Assembly: GCF_001194135.2 (NCBI RefSeq)
Contig: NC_068984.1
Coordinates: 30,170,618-30,234,617 of the forward strand
Reading direction: 5' to 3'
Length of the DNA stretch: 64,000 nucleotides
DNA from: Octopus bimaculoides
Taxonomy: Eukaryota
Of the stretch, positions 1 through 13,269 are shown one piece after another (positions within the stretch are counted from its first letter, which is position 1; each line of letters begins with the position of its first letter). The notes under the pieces are model-generated. The model searched no databases. It saw nothing but the letters and a program-made list of their open reading frames with translations, and was not told the origin of the DNA. The translations under genes and the position numbers were made by a program.

Positions 1-2114
1 GAGTTATATATACCAATATATGTATGCAGGATGTATATATAAATATATACACATCCATATGTGTATGCATATATGTGTATCATTGTACGTATTTGTGCTA
101 TTGGTTCGTTGGCTTTATACATGAAGAATAGCGCTTCTTAGAGAAAACACAAGTATATAGTATTTTTATCAATTTTATATTTTTCTTCATATTTTCGCAT
201 GCAAGAAATTCATAGAAAAAATATGAGAAAAACTTTAGAAAAAAGATAAAGCTAGAATACGGTCGTGTTTTCAATAAGACTAAAATATATCGATATGTGT
301 TCATGTGTTTGTATGTTTTTGTACGTTTGTGTGTGTATGTGTATTTGTATGTTTGTGCGTATGCGTTTATGTGTGCACGCGTGTGTGTGTGCGCGGGCAC
401 GCTTACCTGTGCGTGTATATGTGTGAGTGTGTGGATTGGGGGAAATATTGTGCTTAGAAACGAATAGAAAAGTTCTGATCGCATAGAATTTTTATATTTT
501 ACTCGAAGCTGAAACTTCTTGATACGTTACTTGCATAATATTCAAACGATTGAAGTAGATATCATGATATCTTTGGTCTACGGGAAATGATTATTTATAA
601 GATTTTGGAAAATCCATTAACGCCGTAAAAGACAGTGGCTTCTGAGATGATATTAGTGTTATAACGAGGTAAAGAAACCGTTACTATGAATATTATAAAT
701 TTGAATACTGTATATTGCGAATATCTCAATGATACGTTAACATCGCTGCATGCTTTCTTTTCACGTGATTATGTAAATTTAAAGTGGCTATTAGTTCCAT
801 GTGAGTGAAGTACAACCTGTCAGTTACAGGATCACATTCGAACATTATAACCTTTGGATAAATTCCGTATCACATGGTACAGCAATGACATCGCTGTTGA
901 GATCCGAAAGTTTGCTGACTAATCTGAACCTTGTCGAAGCAAATATATGATATTTAGTAACCACCTCTCTATATATAAAAGTAATAATAATACTTATTAT
1001 TATAAGCATGAACGTGGTAGCCCGAAGGAGACAAATATATTTTTATCAAGAGCTGGTATCGAGGATATACTGAATTGTTTCTAAGGATTAATTTGACACA
1101 GCAGATGGACATACGTTTCAGGGATACAGGGGAAATGATATTATATAATGTAGGAACTAAAACAAAGTTGATCACTGCAGAAAGAACTAGATTTATGTCT
1201 TTGCATCAGCAATCCTCTAAACAAGCTATTTATTTTTGTGTCATTTTCGTAAAGGTGCTATTTTCTGAGCTCGGTCAAGATAACGAAAGAACTGAAGAAG
1301 AATTTACACAAGTAAAAGTCACTGAGAGCAATCATTATACAGATCAAGAAAGCTGGAACAGTTACAGTTAGGGAATTTATCTCTCGAAGTTTCTGTGAAC
1401 TTCCTACACCAAGAGATGATATCGAATTAAGAGTCGATATTTTTCATGAAATAAAACCAAGAGTTGCCAATGCTTATCACCTTACCAAAACAAAGGAGTT
1501 TTTTTTTAATGCAAAATATGTGATTACATGAATTTGTTGAATGGAAAATGTTCTGCACTTGTAAAAAAGAATGATAATTGTGCAATAAAATCCATCTTTA
1601 TCGTTTTGTAACTTTTAAAACTATATCGAACGTGTTGAACAAATTGAGCATAAAAGCTCTGACAGAAACAAATATATTTACGTTACAATACAAAGAAAAA
1701 CACACCTTAATGTATATTATCAGTTTAGATATGCTAGTGGATACCAGTAGTGCGATCACATTAATTCTCAGCAACTTCTGGATATTTATTGGTCAAATTA
1801 AACATCACGAAATCCATCTGCAACTTCTCCATTTTGATAGATCAGATTTTTTAAAGCCCTCTAGAAATATGGACCCGATATGAAACTATGCAAGTAGTGG
1901 AATAGAACCTTGATGAAAACCAAGATTTTGTCAAAGCTGATATATTTACTATTAATCAACTGTATTGTGTGTGATATCGAAGATATCGGAGTGTTAGAAG
2001 ATCGTGAGATATATATAAGAACGATTGAAAGAAAATATACACGCACCAGATTTTAAGTCGCGAAAAATGTCAGTTTATATTTTCTCAAAAGTAGTTATAG
2101 GAAATGAAAACTGA

Positions 2115-2620
2115 TTGTTAAGGTACGGCATATGAACACATATTCCACTTGGTGTTTGCGAGTTGCTGTACTCTTTTGTAGTTGTAAGAAAACCAGACGG
2201 GAACTGGCGTATCAATTGTGTTTACAGAAACGACGTTAATCAAACTTTTTCGAACACTTGAATATCCTCTATTATTGAATTTGCTCTCTTAGTGTAAACG
2301 TTCAGATGTGAACACAACAATATTTTATAAAGTCTGATTGACACGACACAGGATAGAATACATCACCGGCAGAGCCTTGCTAATATTCATAAGCGTAAAA
2401 TTATCCCCTATATAGGATAAATATTCGTTCGCATTTTATGTGAATTACAGTGACTTCTAGTAGAAAAATATTGATTTCTGTTTCCAATATTCAAGATGTA
2501 TATTTTCATTCAGTCTTCTTATTTCAGCTGTGCTACCTTATATAAAACCTTTTAGCACTCAAGCATCTTCAACGTCGGACAATACCGTTAGTTAATTTTG
2601 TACCGTCAACATTTAATACA
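2115..2620 (+). mobile_element. Degenerate Ty3/Gypsy LTR-retrotransposon reverse transcriptase remnant
   Basis: Hand translation across stops/frameshifts gives LLRYGI*T-YSTW, then VVVRKPDGNWRINCVYR (cf. Gypsy ML..GIIRPS.SPW..V.KKDG.WR.C.DYR), IIPYIG*IFVRI (cf. TPFGLFEF.RMPFGL) and DFCFQY (cf. DFCF.YLDD). Weak gag-like peptides at ~850-1300 (KFRITWYSNDIAVEIRK, PEGDKYIFIKS). Confidence 0.55.
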
Positions 2621-3543
2621 TTGGCTTGATCAAAGCCATGACTTTCATCACTGTCCTCTTCTACTACTTGTAAACTTTCATACCGGATTCACATTTCTAG
2701 AGCACATTAAAAAAGTTTCATCCATAAACTGGAAAGTTGCACATGTATTTTGCGAAGTCTGAGTTGACCAGTGAATATCTAAATATTTCTGAGAATTATC
2801 GTATCTCCGCTAGTATTATCCATATGAATATTTAGAAAGACATTATTCAGTTTAACTTCAATTAAGTTGATTTACTTCTTTGCCTTGAAGTGTAAATACA
2901 ATTGCTTCAGTTTTACAGCTTTTATCCTCCGTCTGTTAAAACATCTTCCATATATCTCTGTATATTACAATAATATTAGTTCCGGTATTCTGCTCATGAT
3001 CATTAGGTTATGCTTTTGATTGCTGGACCGAATGACACTTTTTGTCCCTGAGCAAGGCATCTTTCCATATATCTTCATTCTACTCAGCAAGCTGCTGGTG
3101 TAGCCTCCAGCTATCCCATCCTCGATATTTTGCTAGGTTAAACATAGGAGCGCCTACAATATATCTTGTTTGCTAGCAACAACTAATGCATCTAAAACAA
3201 CTGCAAAAACGTGACACAAGCTTCCTTCCAAACAAACTTCTTCACGAGCACAAACATTTGTCCTGGCTATCTCTACTGACATTATCATGAACATTATAGA
3301 ACATATAATAATCTAAACTTTCTAACCGCACATAAATACAATAATCTAATAGGCATTACGCTGAAGTAATTTACTCTTCTCCAGATCAAATCTCTTCCAA
3401 CATCGCATACTACAACAACAATAGCGGAAAAATAAAGGAAAAAAAACACTATATATACACCACATTTACCTTTACACTAAGATTCCACCAATTCTTGAAA
3501 AATAAGCCTGTCGATTAAGACTCTCGTGTTAACATTTTGAACG

Positions 3544-3645
3544 TGTAGTGGCGCGAAATTATAGCCGCTATTGGGGAAGTACTATTCTGCGCATGCGCAG
3601 GGGACTTCACCACAGGAAGCCCCTCGAGTTGCGCATGCGTAATAA
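3544..3645. promoter_or_regulatory. CpG-enriched cluster: E2F site plus two NRF1-type GCGCATGCGC motifs (promoter or LTR U3)
   Basis: GGCGCGAAA at 3550-3558 (reverse complement TTTCGCGCC); perfect palindrome CTGCGCATGCGCAG at 3587-3600; TGCGCATGCGT at 3630-3640. Background is strongly CpG-poor. Confidence 0.45.
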
Positions 3646-6269
3646 AACTCGTACTTAAAGAGAGAGTTTCATTTTCTCAGCGAGTTGAGCCTGAGACCTT
3701 CGACGTGACAACACCTCGCTCCTCCACGAAGCACTCTTCACCACGATGCCTTCGATGATGATAGCTACTTGCTTCTCTTGCAGGCATCAAGGAAGCCCTT
3801 AACCTTCCATTACCAAACTATAAATTAATCAGCGGCTGCTAAGCTGAATGACAGGAATTGTGAAACCAAGCATCATCATGAATAAAACCTTTTTATTATG
3901 TTGTTAATTATTCTAATGTCTCTTCATATATAATGCTGTTGAAAGGTGATAGAGAGAGATTAAAGCCTCTATGACAACTATCAAAACTTTTTACAAATGC
4001 AACTAACGGTTGCACTATGCTTAATAGTATTCAACGCAACTATACAATACAGGCTACTATCAACTTCAAGATAACTTTTACTCAACATAACTACTCCATT
4101 AGGTTCTTCACATTTACTTCCTTGTCTCGTTTTTATGCAGAAACATTGAGACAAGAAAGATTAAAACCCAGAGCATTCTCGTCATTACTTCTTATTCACT
4201 CTGGGCGTGTAACTACATTCTTTCCAAATGAAACTGCGCATACCGCTCATCCCAGTATATCTCATAACAAGAAGACTTAACTTTCATGGCGTTGTCGTCA
4301 ATGGGCCAGTCTTTCCTTTTAATATTAAACTAGTAGATGTGTGTGTGTGTGTGTACGTTTGCAAGTGTGTACTGTGTCCGTAACTGTGTTAACGTCTATG
4401 CCACTTAAAGAGCAATGCTAATGTCCTTGACCTATAAACAAGTGTACGCACACTGTCATATATAAACAGCCAAGGACAAACACACATACCTATAATTGAT
4501 TGAATACGTAGAATGGGTTGACCAGGTCAGCACAATCTTCATCAATGTTAGCGCTGTAAACGTATTAATTAAACATGACTGCGTATGCTGCATTCAATTC
4601 TGCTACAAAAACAAATATGCCTGGGACGATAGGTAAGAGATATCTCCTGTATATGTTTAAACTCGTTGCCTGTATATGCATATATTCGTTGGAAGAAATA
4701 TTTTAAATTTTATTTCCTTTTCTGACAGAAAATTTAATAAAAACTAAGCAGTAAGCATTAAAAGCCGGTTGTCATTGTTACAAGGTTGGTTGTAAGTTGA
4801 TTGTTTGTGAATATGTTAAACAGCATGGAAATTGTAGTTCTTAGAGTTTTGTGTGATCGAAAGATTAGTGACAGACTGGCGGAAACATAAACAAACACTC
4901 AAGAAAAGCCACAGACAAACGTGCTAAGCGATATATTGTCTTCCCATATGAGAAATTGCATAAAGTTTTATATGCTTGGCTATGTGAATTACGCTCAAAC
5001 AGAATATTTGTCTCGTACATGACTGTTAGAACAAATACTTCACACATGTTCATGGATAGATGTAAATATAATATTACTAAATACGCCATGTCTCAGCTAG
5101 GTGGTGCTGGAGATTCATAAACAGAAACAGCCTAGCATTACATAAGAGAGCCGTTTCACTATAGACTGTAATCAATAAATTCGTGGACACCTCAAACCAC
5201 AGTGTGAATTTTATAAACGAAGTTTAATAAAGTTCATTAGACCCAATGTGCGCATTTTATTCTAACACAGTCTTAATAATTTATATACACAACCACCATG
5301 TGTGCATAAAAGCAGTTCTTTATCAACTAGTTTTAAGCCTAATGCCTATTCGTTGATGTGTATATTGTTAGCCAAACAGCAGTGACGATTTAAAAGTATC
5401 ATATCCTTTACTCGTACCAGATATAAATCTTGGTAACATATTGCTATATCAACAGTTTCAAAACATTGCAATGATTGGCAATTATTTTGGATGCCTTTCA
5501 GTGTAAAATGCAGCCACAAGCACAGTTGTAAACAATATTCACAGATAGCTGCATGTAAGCCAATGGCTTGCAGTAGAAGTGATTTACACTGTCATTGTGT
5601 GAGATGTTTTCATTTTAACTCATCCAAGCTTAAATACCCCAATATCGGCTCCACAAGGCCTTTTTGCTCCAGCGGTCACATGACATCGTGATTAAACGAA
5701 CCTGCTGTTTGTAATAGTCGGCTTCCAACTGTCCAACCGCATTGGCGCAACATTTTATTTTTCCTTGCGCGAGAAATTAATCACCAGCTTCTGGGAGCCC
5801 ACTATTCTCTATTAGTGCGGCAGTTCTCGACTGTTCTAGGTCTTTGGTACTCGCCACTGGCCACGTGCAACTCGTCTCCAGCAACGGTGTAACACCAGCC
5901 ACTCTCCGTTTACATCTCCACCAGACGCCTGTCTGCATCATTGCTGTATGAACATCACATGACCAACAGACCAACGGCTGTCTCTACACACCACCAACAG
6001 TACGTCAACTATGTCTCCAACATCAACAATCCAGCCTAACCACGACGTTCTGTCACACATCTTTGTAATAACCTGTTATTTTTTGTCAGTTCATGTATGG
6101 CAATCATTGTATTTTATAACTGAGAATAAAACATCGCTTACCAGTTCAGTTTCAATCTCAAGTTGTATATATCTCATTCCAACATTATCCTCATTAACCA
6201 TTCTCGTTATAGGTTAATAGACACAAAACTATTGGCTGTCTCTTACATGGATCAACTTGAATGCATGCC

Positions 6270-6760
6270 GCTTAACACCTGTCACTCATACGTCTTCTCG
6301 AGGTTCATCGACGACATCCTTCTGGGAGGAGGCGACCGCCATACATCAATACTTCAGCAACATCGACAACCATATCAAATTCGAAGTCGAACACCCGGAC
6401 GAGTTCGGAATCCTTTCTCTCTCTAGATTTCCAAATCAAAATCAAAGTGGAGTATTACGTCAACACAATTTTTTATAGAAAAGCGACAGTTACGAATCAG
6501 CCCTGCCCACCAGAGCCAAAGCCGCATATATGCAGAATGAAATCACACGTATAAGAGACAGATGTAACGAAGCAACGGACCAAGCTACCAATACCAAGCG
6601 GTTCCTCAGGAACTTAGCACACAACGGCTATCCATCATCTGCAGCTGAACGACTATATCAACGAAACACGAAACACAATAAAGCCCATAACACCAAATCC
6701 AACAAGGAAACAACACATTTGAATAAAGCAGCATATGCACACAAACACTTCAAAAAATAA
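6270..6760 (+). mobile_element. Penelope-like element RT and thumb remnant (frameshifted)
   Basis: Three overlapping ORF-track frames: YVFSRFIDDIL (PLE RYVDD-type motif), HQYFSNIDNHIKFEVEHPDEFGILSL (cf. LNSIHPNIKFT.E.E..G.LPFLD), and ESALPTRAKAAYMQNEITRIRDRC...RFLRNLAHNGYP (cf. S.HP..K...RA.RICS...L..NGYP). Confidence 0.8.
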
Positions 6761-7200
6761 ACACCTTCGGAAGTGCCAACCCTGAATTTCAAAGTTTCCA
6801 TCAAGGCAACCCAACGCAACGGGGGAAATCTAAGAATCATTGGGACCTTCCTTATAAACAATTTGAGACCAGCCATGAACAACAAGAAGGAGCTTCACGA
6901 AGCAGACTGGTTGCTATACAAGCACCAGTCTGCACATCTCACCTTCCTTCTTCTCCCCCTAACTCCTTTCTCTACATACGTCAGCTTCACCTTTTTCCAT
7001 TATCCCTTTTACCAACTGTCCTGTAGAAGGGTTTCTCTACCTCAAATATAGAAATACAATATAAAACTGCAATGTTGTTTTGTTTTACTCTTCCTTTTGT
7101 AGTTTACTTCGTGCCTTCTCGCATTGTTCCAGCCTTCTTACACACCAACCTTCTTTAAAGTTATACCGAACAATGCTTCACCAAAACTACCTCATTTTAA

Positions 7201-7222
7201 CACACACACACACAGAGACACA

Positions 7223-7256
<34 letters not shown>

Positions 7257-7287
7257 AATACATACATACATACATATATATATATAA
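7201..7287. repeat. Compound (CA)n/(CATA)n/(TA)n microsatellite
   Basis: Directly visible. Confidence 0.95.
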
Positions 7288-7292
7288 TTCTA

Positions 7293-7835
7293 CAGGGTAA
7301 CAAAATTATAGAAATGTTCTACCAGTGGCTAGCATGCATATTAAAGTCAATAGAAACATATTTTTCAATATAACATTAGTGTACATTTTTATACTTTTTA
7401 TACACAAAAGAGGTGAGCCTAAGAGAACACCTTACATGATAAAAGGAGCAGTCAAAGCTCAAACTACGGTTAAGAGTAATTTCGAAGGGGATGAAAAGTA
7501 AAAACATTCCCAATAGTTACCACATGTACCAAGATTTCAAACATCAATGAACAAATATAATAAATTGCCATCTGTGTTCTCATCGGCATGGACGCTATAA
7601 TCAATATATATTTGTGGAACACTGTAGACAGCACATGTTCCATCTATATATATTATATATGTAGCGTCCATGCTGATGAGAACACGTGCACCTTTTAGTA
7701 TGTAAGAAGTCCTGTTAGGCTCACCTCTTTTGTGTATAAAAATGCACACTAATCTTATATGAAAAATATGCTGTCTATTGACTCTGTTATGCTTGCTAGC
7801 CACTGGTAGAAAATTTCTATGATTTTTCTACCCTA
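7293..7835. mobile_element. MITE / non-autonomous DNA transposon with ~165-bp terminal inverted repeats and TA flanks
   Basis: Left arm cagggtaacaaaattatagaaatgttctaccagtggctagc...cacaaaagaggtgagcctaa is the reverse complement of the right arm ttaggctcacctcttttgtg...gctagccactggtagaaaatttctatgatttttctacccta. TA at 7291-7292 and 7836-7837. Confidence 0.8.
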
Positions 7836-8084
7836 TATATTTTCTTAATATAATTTTCGTAATTTTGAAGAATGTTGGCACATATATTTTTATCTGTTGA
7901 CGGCTATAACTGCGCTTGTGCGGTGGATTTGAAAAATTATAATGTATGTAGACGGAAAAGCTCCTGGCTTTGTGTAAAAGAAAATACAGGAGGATCAGTC
8001 AATTATGATTTTATTCAACATGTTCTGAGATTCATACACTTATTGCAAGCGGTCTTTCACTTTTTGTAAGCCCTGTAAAAGGAC

Positions 8085-8152
8085 TCGGATGGTTGGGCAG
8101 CCAGGCCTTTCGTGATACCCTTAAAGCCAGGAACTTTTCAGCAGCCCCTCGT
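8085..8152 (-). mobile_element. Solitary end of a mariner-derived MITE (same family as 40419-40625)
   Basis: ccaggcctttcgtgatacccttaaagccaggaacttttcagcagcccctcg+ta matches the reverse complement of the left end of the 40419 element. Confidence 0.7.
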
Positions 8153-10262
8153 ACACAGAGAGAGAGAGTGAGAGAGGATATAGCTTCCTTTCAGATTCGG
8201 AGAAAATGGGCTGTCACTAAAATGTAAAGGTCTAAATGGCAACACTTTGTCAGAATATAACAATCTAAATAATTGAACACTATTTTTATCGTTTAGTCGT
8301 TCAGAATCCTTATCAAGTTCTTTAATACTTTACTTTTAATTAGTTTTCTCCTGCATAATAAATGTGGGAAAATGTCTAAGACGGAAAGCAATTTGTATAG
8401 TGTATAGCATCGATATACAACTAAGATACTGTAAGGCATCTTAGCCCTATTCCTTAAAATTCCCATTACAACATTTTTGGAAGCCGTTACATTATGTTCT
8501 TTATAGGTGTAAAGTAAAACTGATCCTAGATTAGTTCTCTAAGTCAGAAACACATTTGAAATTGCTTCGAACCTTCTTCAGTCTGTAAATATATAGTCAT
8601 TTGCACACATGAATTCACAGATTTTCTGACATGACATACATGCAATTATACACTCACACGCACTTGAACATAAATATATAGTTGTATGTATGGAGTGAAA
8701 TGGTTTTTGAGTGTTATCTCTAACGTGATATATCAGAAATCTATTTTATTTCTTTAGATAATTCTGGTGCCATACTGATTACTCTAAAACTTTTTGACTT
8801 TAGAATGTAAGTAATTAATTCAATATCCTTAGAAAATATTTCCATGCAATAGTCTGGCTCATGTGATGCTAGTGAATTACTGCTATATGTATGCAACGAT
8901 GCTGTCTTATTATTACAGCACCTTTTCAAATACTGTTCAGAATCTCAATCAGTGAGAAACAGACTTGATTAAAATGATTGACAAAACATTCTTTATTTGG
9001 ACATTACATCCATTTTTTTTTTAATATTTCTGATCACATGATAAACTTTCATCAGTGCCAAATATTCTCATCAGAATGAAAACTCAAATAATGATATAAC
9101 TATTTAATACCTTTTGAATCTAATTTGAAAGCACACATGTCTCAATGAGTTATCTATGTAATAGACTACTGATCGTGAGAACTATTCATAAATTCAAACC
9201 TCAGTACTGGTTTTGTGATGATTGCATACACAAAGCAACCATGATGAGGATGATGATGATGATGATACCAAGCCACAATAATGTGCATGTTTCCGTCTCT
9301 GTATATAAAGTTGCATAAATTAGAACCTGATGAATTAGCATTAAAATAGGTTAGCATGAAATTGTAAAGTATTCAAACAATTCAAATCATTTAAATATTC
9401 AAGTTTAGAAATCTTTATAGCAATTGCAAGGGTTTGTGAAAATTTTTAAATGTGATTTATGCTGAATAGACAAGAAAGAAATTTAATATAGTTTTAGCTT
9501 TCTGACCGAGGTTTAAGATTAAAAGATAGAACAATGCTTCAACATGTAAAAACTGAAAAATTTCATTCGCTTAGTTGCTTAAGTTGATAGGTTTGAAACT
9601 TAGAGATTTTAGCTAAAATTCTCTTTTTATTAAACTGATCAAATACCTGTGTCACAGGTGTGATATAATCTCTGCAATCAAACAGGAGAATAGTTCTGCC
9701 AAGTCAATATCAACGACAATGAATAGCTAGAAATGTGTGCCTTATAGATGCCTTACTAACATCTACAAAAGTAAGCATAAACATATGACCTATTTTCCAG
9801 GAAACCAGAAATTGTTAGATTAAGATAATAACCAATACTTATTGTACAAAGCTTTTGTAAAGTCGCTTTTCATTGGCAGATAAGCTTTATTAGAGCAAAA
9901 TTTATCTTGTATCACATTTCAAGCAGAACAAATCACCGAAAATCTCTAGATTTCAAGAAATTATCAAGTGAGATTTAGATATCTTACATATAGTTTCAGA
10001 TGCTATAACTGACAGTAAAACAGAACACAGGTAACAGCAGAATAAAACTATTTGAGTCTTATCTTTTTTGTTTCTTTGTACAAATTTTGGTGTACCAAGG
10101 ATCATCTACGCATAGAATGAATCCATTATTGTCAGCAATTTTCATTCAAATATGAAACAATTTGTTTGATTGCATTTGAATGCAGACAAAATCCATTGTA
10201 ATAACTGGTTGGCTGTTATTGCTGCTAATATTTCTCTTTTTCCCAATGGAACAGTTAACTTC

Positions 10263-10665
10263 CTAAATAAGTATACTGAAATTCGCTAACGAAATCCATG
10301 ATAAATGGAACACATTCAAATCAATTTTTCTCAATATCTCAGGTATTTTTCCATCTTGATGTCCATACAGAAGGATCTTAACTGCTGTTTCACCATCCCT
10401 TCCTATGTTACAATCCAGCCATAATCGTAAAATTGATTGCAACATTCTGTTTTATCTTTAAGGTCTGGAAAGTAGATATCTATAGGACCATTTGAGAATG
10501 ATTAATTAAAACACTTTGTTTGGCCATATGAGAAATCTTTGCTTCTTGAACAAAAATCAAAGATAATATTCCAAATACAATTATATTGATGTGCTGCAGT
10601 TTGTAGAATGTTGACTATTTAACTCCAAGGAAACATCTCCGTCTGTGATGATACAGTAATGCTGA
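10263..10665 (-). mobile_element. Degenerate RTE-clade LINE ORF C-terminal remnant
   Basis: CIITDGDVSLELNS (cf. GS.I..DG..D.EIN.RI) and ORF LRLWLDCNIGRDGETAVKILLYGHQDGKIP (cf. RLRWLGHV.RMD..R.PK.LLYG.L..GKRP). Confidence 0.55.
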
Positions 10666-12009
10666 ATTATAGCTGAGAGTCACTCTCCAGTTTTTTTATT
10701 GATAATTCTTGACTTAATGAATTGTGGCCATAGCATTTGATTGCTAGATTGCAACTAACATCAATACAGTTTTTCTTTTACTTCTTGCTACCAACATATT
10801 CTCACTGTTACTTTAAGAACTAAATCTCGACTAATTTCATGCAGAAAGGCTCAGTTTTTCTATTCTAGTAAGAGAAAAATATTACTATTTCCTGGAACAA
10901 TTTTTTCATTCAAAATTCCTCCCTGATGACTAAGTGTTTCCCCCAGCAATATTTATTTAATCAATGATAAATACCATATTCATAGAATTCAGAAAACTAA
11001 TGCAAGAAGAATTTCAGCAATTCCAACAAATTTTTATTAATATTAATGGAAACAAGAAATATTAACATGATAAAGAAAATATTTGTTATAATTACAGTAA
11101 GATAATGTTCACAAAATCTTATAAGATCAAAATATGACATCAGTTAAGCTTCTTTTGATATTGAAAGTGGATTAATTTATAAATATGCATAAGTTTCATT
11201 TAGAATTACAATAATAATATCTAGTTGTGTAGCAAAAATTCTAATATTCAGTCTTTTATCTCTTATATGTTCCAGTCACTGTACTGTGTCCATGCTGCGG
11301 CACTGTCCAGTACTTGTATTTTTAAAACCTGCATTGGTCACTTTTGCCAAATGGCTAAATTGCAGGGTATGTTAGCATGTTAGAAAAATTTGTTTTGAAC
11401 ATTTAAATCACACAGAAATGTTCTCATGTAACTTTGCTTTTTTCACAGATTGAAAATATTTAGTTTTTGAGGAGCTAATGGGGTTAGTGAAAGCAAAGAT
11501 TCTTTGCTAAATCAGTAAATCTGTGATATCTTACTATTTCCTCTACCATTATCTGTGTAGTATATATCTGTTAATTAATGAGCTTGATTTTTGCTTCAAA
11601 AGGTTTTCTGTATGACAGCATAAAAACGATGATGATAAGGATGACAACGATGGCAATGATGATATATATATACACATATGTACACATATATAAATTTATA
11701 TATGTTTTGTAGTGGATTAGGGAAACTTTAAACATTCATTTATGTTAATCTAATTAACTTTAGTGATTTCATTATGATACAGAATCCTACATAAGAATAA
11801 TGCAGTCAAAACAGCTCAACAAATGTGGAAAAGACCTAAACTTTAACAATCTAAAAAGGGTTAGTAAAATAAATTTTCAGCATTTACCAACACCAATTAT
11901 ACACTAGTGTTGTTTAAATAACGTTAACCACAGTGCTACAATAGATCTTCTAAGAAATACAATGATCAGAATTGTTAATGAACTCAATATGTCTTCTTTC
12001 AAGATTAAA

Positions 12010-12224
12010 GGTGATGAGCTGGCAGAATCATTAGCATGCTGGGTGAAATGCTTAGTGGTATTTTGTCAGCTGCTACGTTCTGAGTTCAAATTACACAAAG
12101 GTCGACTTTGCCTTTCATTCTTTCAGGGTCGATTAAATAAGTACCAGTAATGCACTAAGGTCGATGTAATCGACTTAATCCCCTCCCCCAAGCTGCCCTT
12201 CTGGCAAAATTTGAAATCGTTATT
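12010..12224 (+). mobile_element. tRNA-derived SINE family B
   Basis: ggtgatgagctggcagaatcattagc...ttctgagttcaaatt...gtcgactttgcctttcat...gtcgatgtaatcgacttaat; multiple homologous copies in the window. Confidence 0.85.
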
Positions 12225-13216
12225 TATGTTATTTTACCACATTTTCTTATAAACATACCTCAGTATTATGAAGTAGCATGTGAAGTTTCACAGATTTGTT
12301 GTAGCAAAACCAAACTTACAAATGTTCAAACCAATCAATAAAAGAAATTTTCTTCATGAAATTTAGACAAATACACGAATATCAATATTTTAAAATATTC
12401 TAAAGCAAAAGTACAAGGCAGTAGTTTTTACTTATTAAGTTACGAAATCTAATTGAGAAATCAAGTTCATTGCAATGTCAAACCATGGTAAACATTCACA
12501 AACATGCAATTCTTATTGCAATCTAAATGATTAAAAGACCTGAAAAATTCTGATACAATGATTGAATGGTATCTGAGAAGGCTAATATAAATTTGTAAGA
12601 TTTTAAGCCAGAACACATCAGAACAGTTTTAATTATGTTTCACTGTAAGTAATTCAATAGTTTTAATAATAATCCCAAAGGCAAAATGATATAATATTGC
12701 CATTGTGACATATTTGATAGCATAATCTCTACAAAAATATTAGCTCTGCTCTCAATGGTATTTACATGCATTTATCTATCTACAATATATGAACAATTTA
12801 TTTAACTTAAAATGAAAATGACTAGCAAAATAACAATGGCACTACATTGTTATTTAAAGTGCTATTCATAGCAATGATACTGTTTGTTGCTTGTAGTTCA
12901 TGTCTTTCTCTCACCTATTTCTTCTTATATTTATATGTTTGCATTCAATTTATTGTCTAAGAACTGAATTGAAATTGCATCTAAGTGTATTAAAAGATTC
13001 GCCTGTGTTATATTCTCTTCTCATTCATCCATATAAACATTACAGGAAATTCTTGACCACCTTCCCAAATAGTTACAAAGCAATATATAAATTGTTTTGC
13101 ATCAGAAGATAAACATTGAAACAATGTGATTCCTAAAGCTGAATACTTTTCATAACACAGAATATAGCTATGTATATCAAACTCCTTGTAGCTTTTGAAT
13201 GATTTTTAATTCTTCC

Positions 13217-13269
13217 AGACTCATGTTTGCACATGGAAGTGAGACTCATGTTTGCACATGGAAGTGAGA
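13217..13269. repeat. Perfect 25-bp tandem duplication
   Basis: agactcatgtttgcacatggaagtg twice (13217-13241, 13242-13266) plus aga. Confidence 0.95.

Noticed and set aside
98-484. 128-aa minus ORF and a possible hammerhead-like atgaaga...gaaaac near 120-150
   Set aside because: The ORF is a by-product of TG/TA repeats; the motif has no stem II or proper core.
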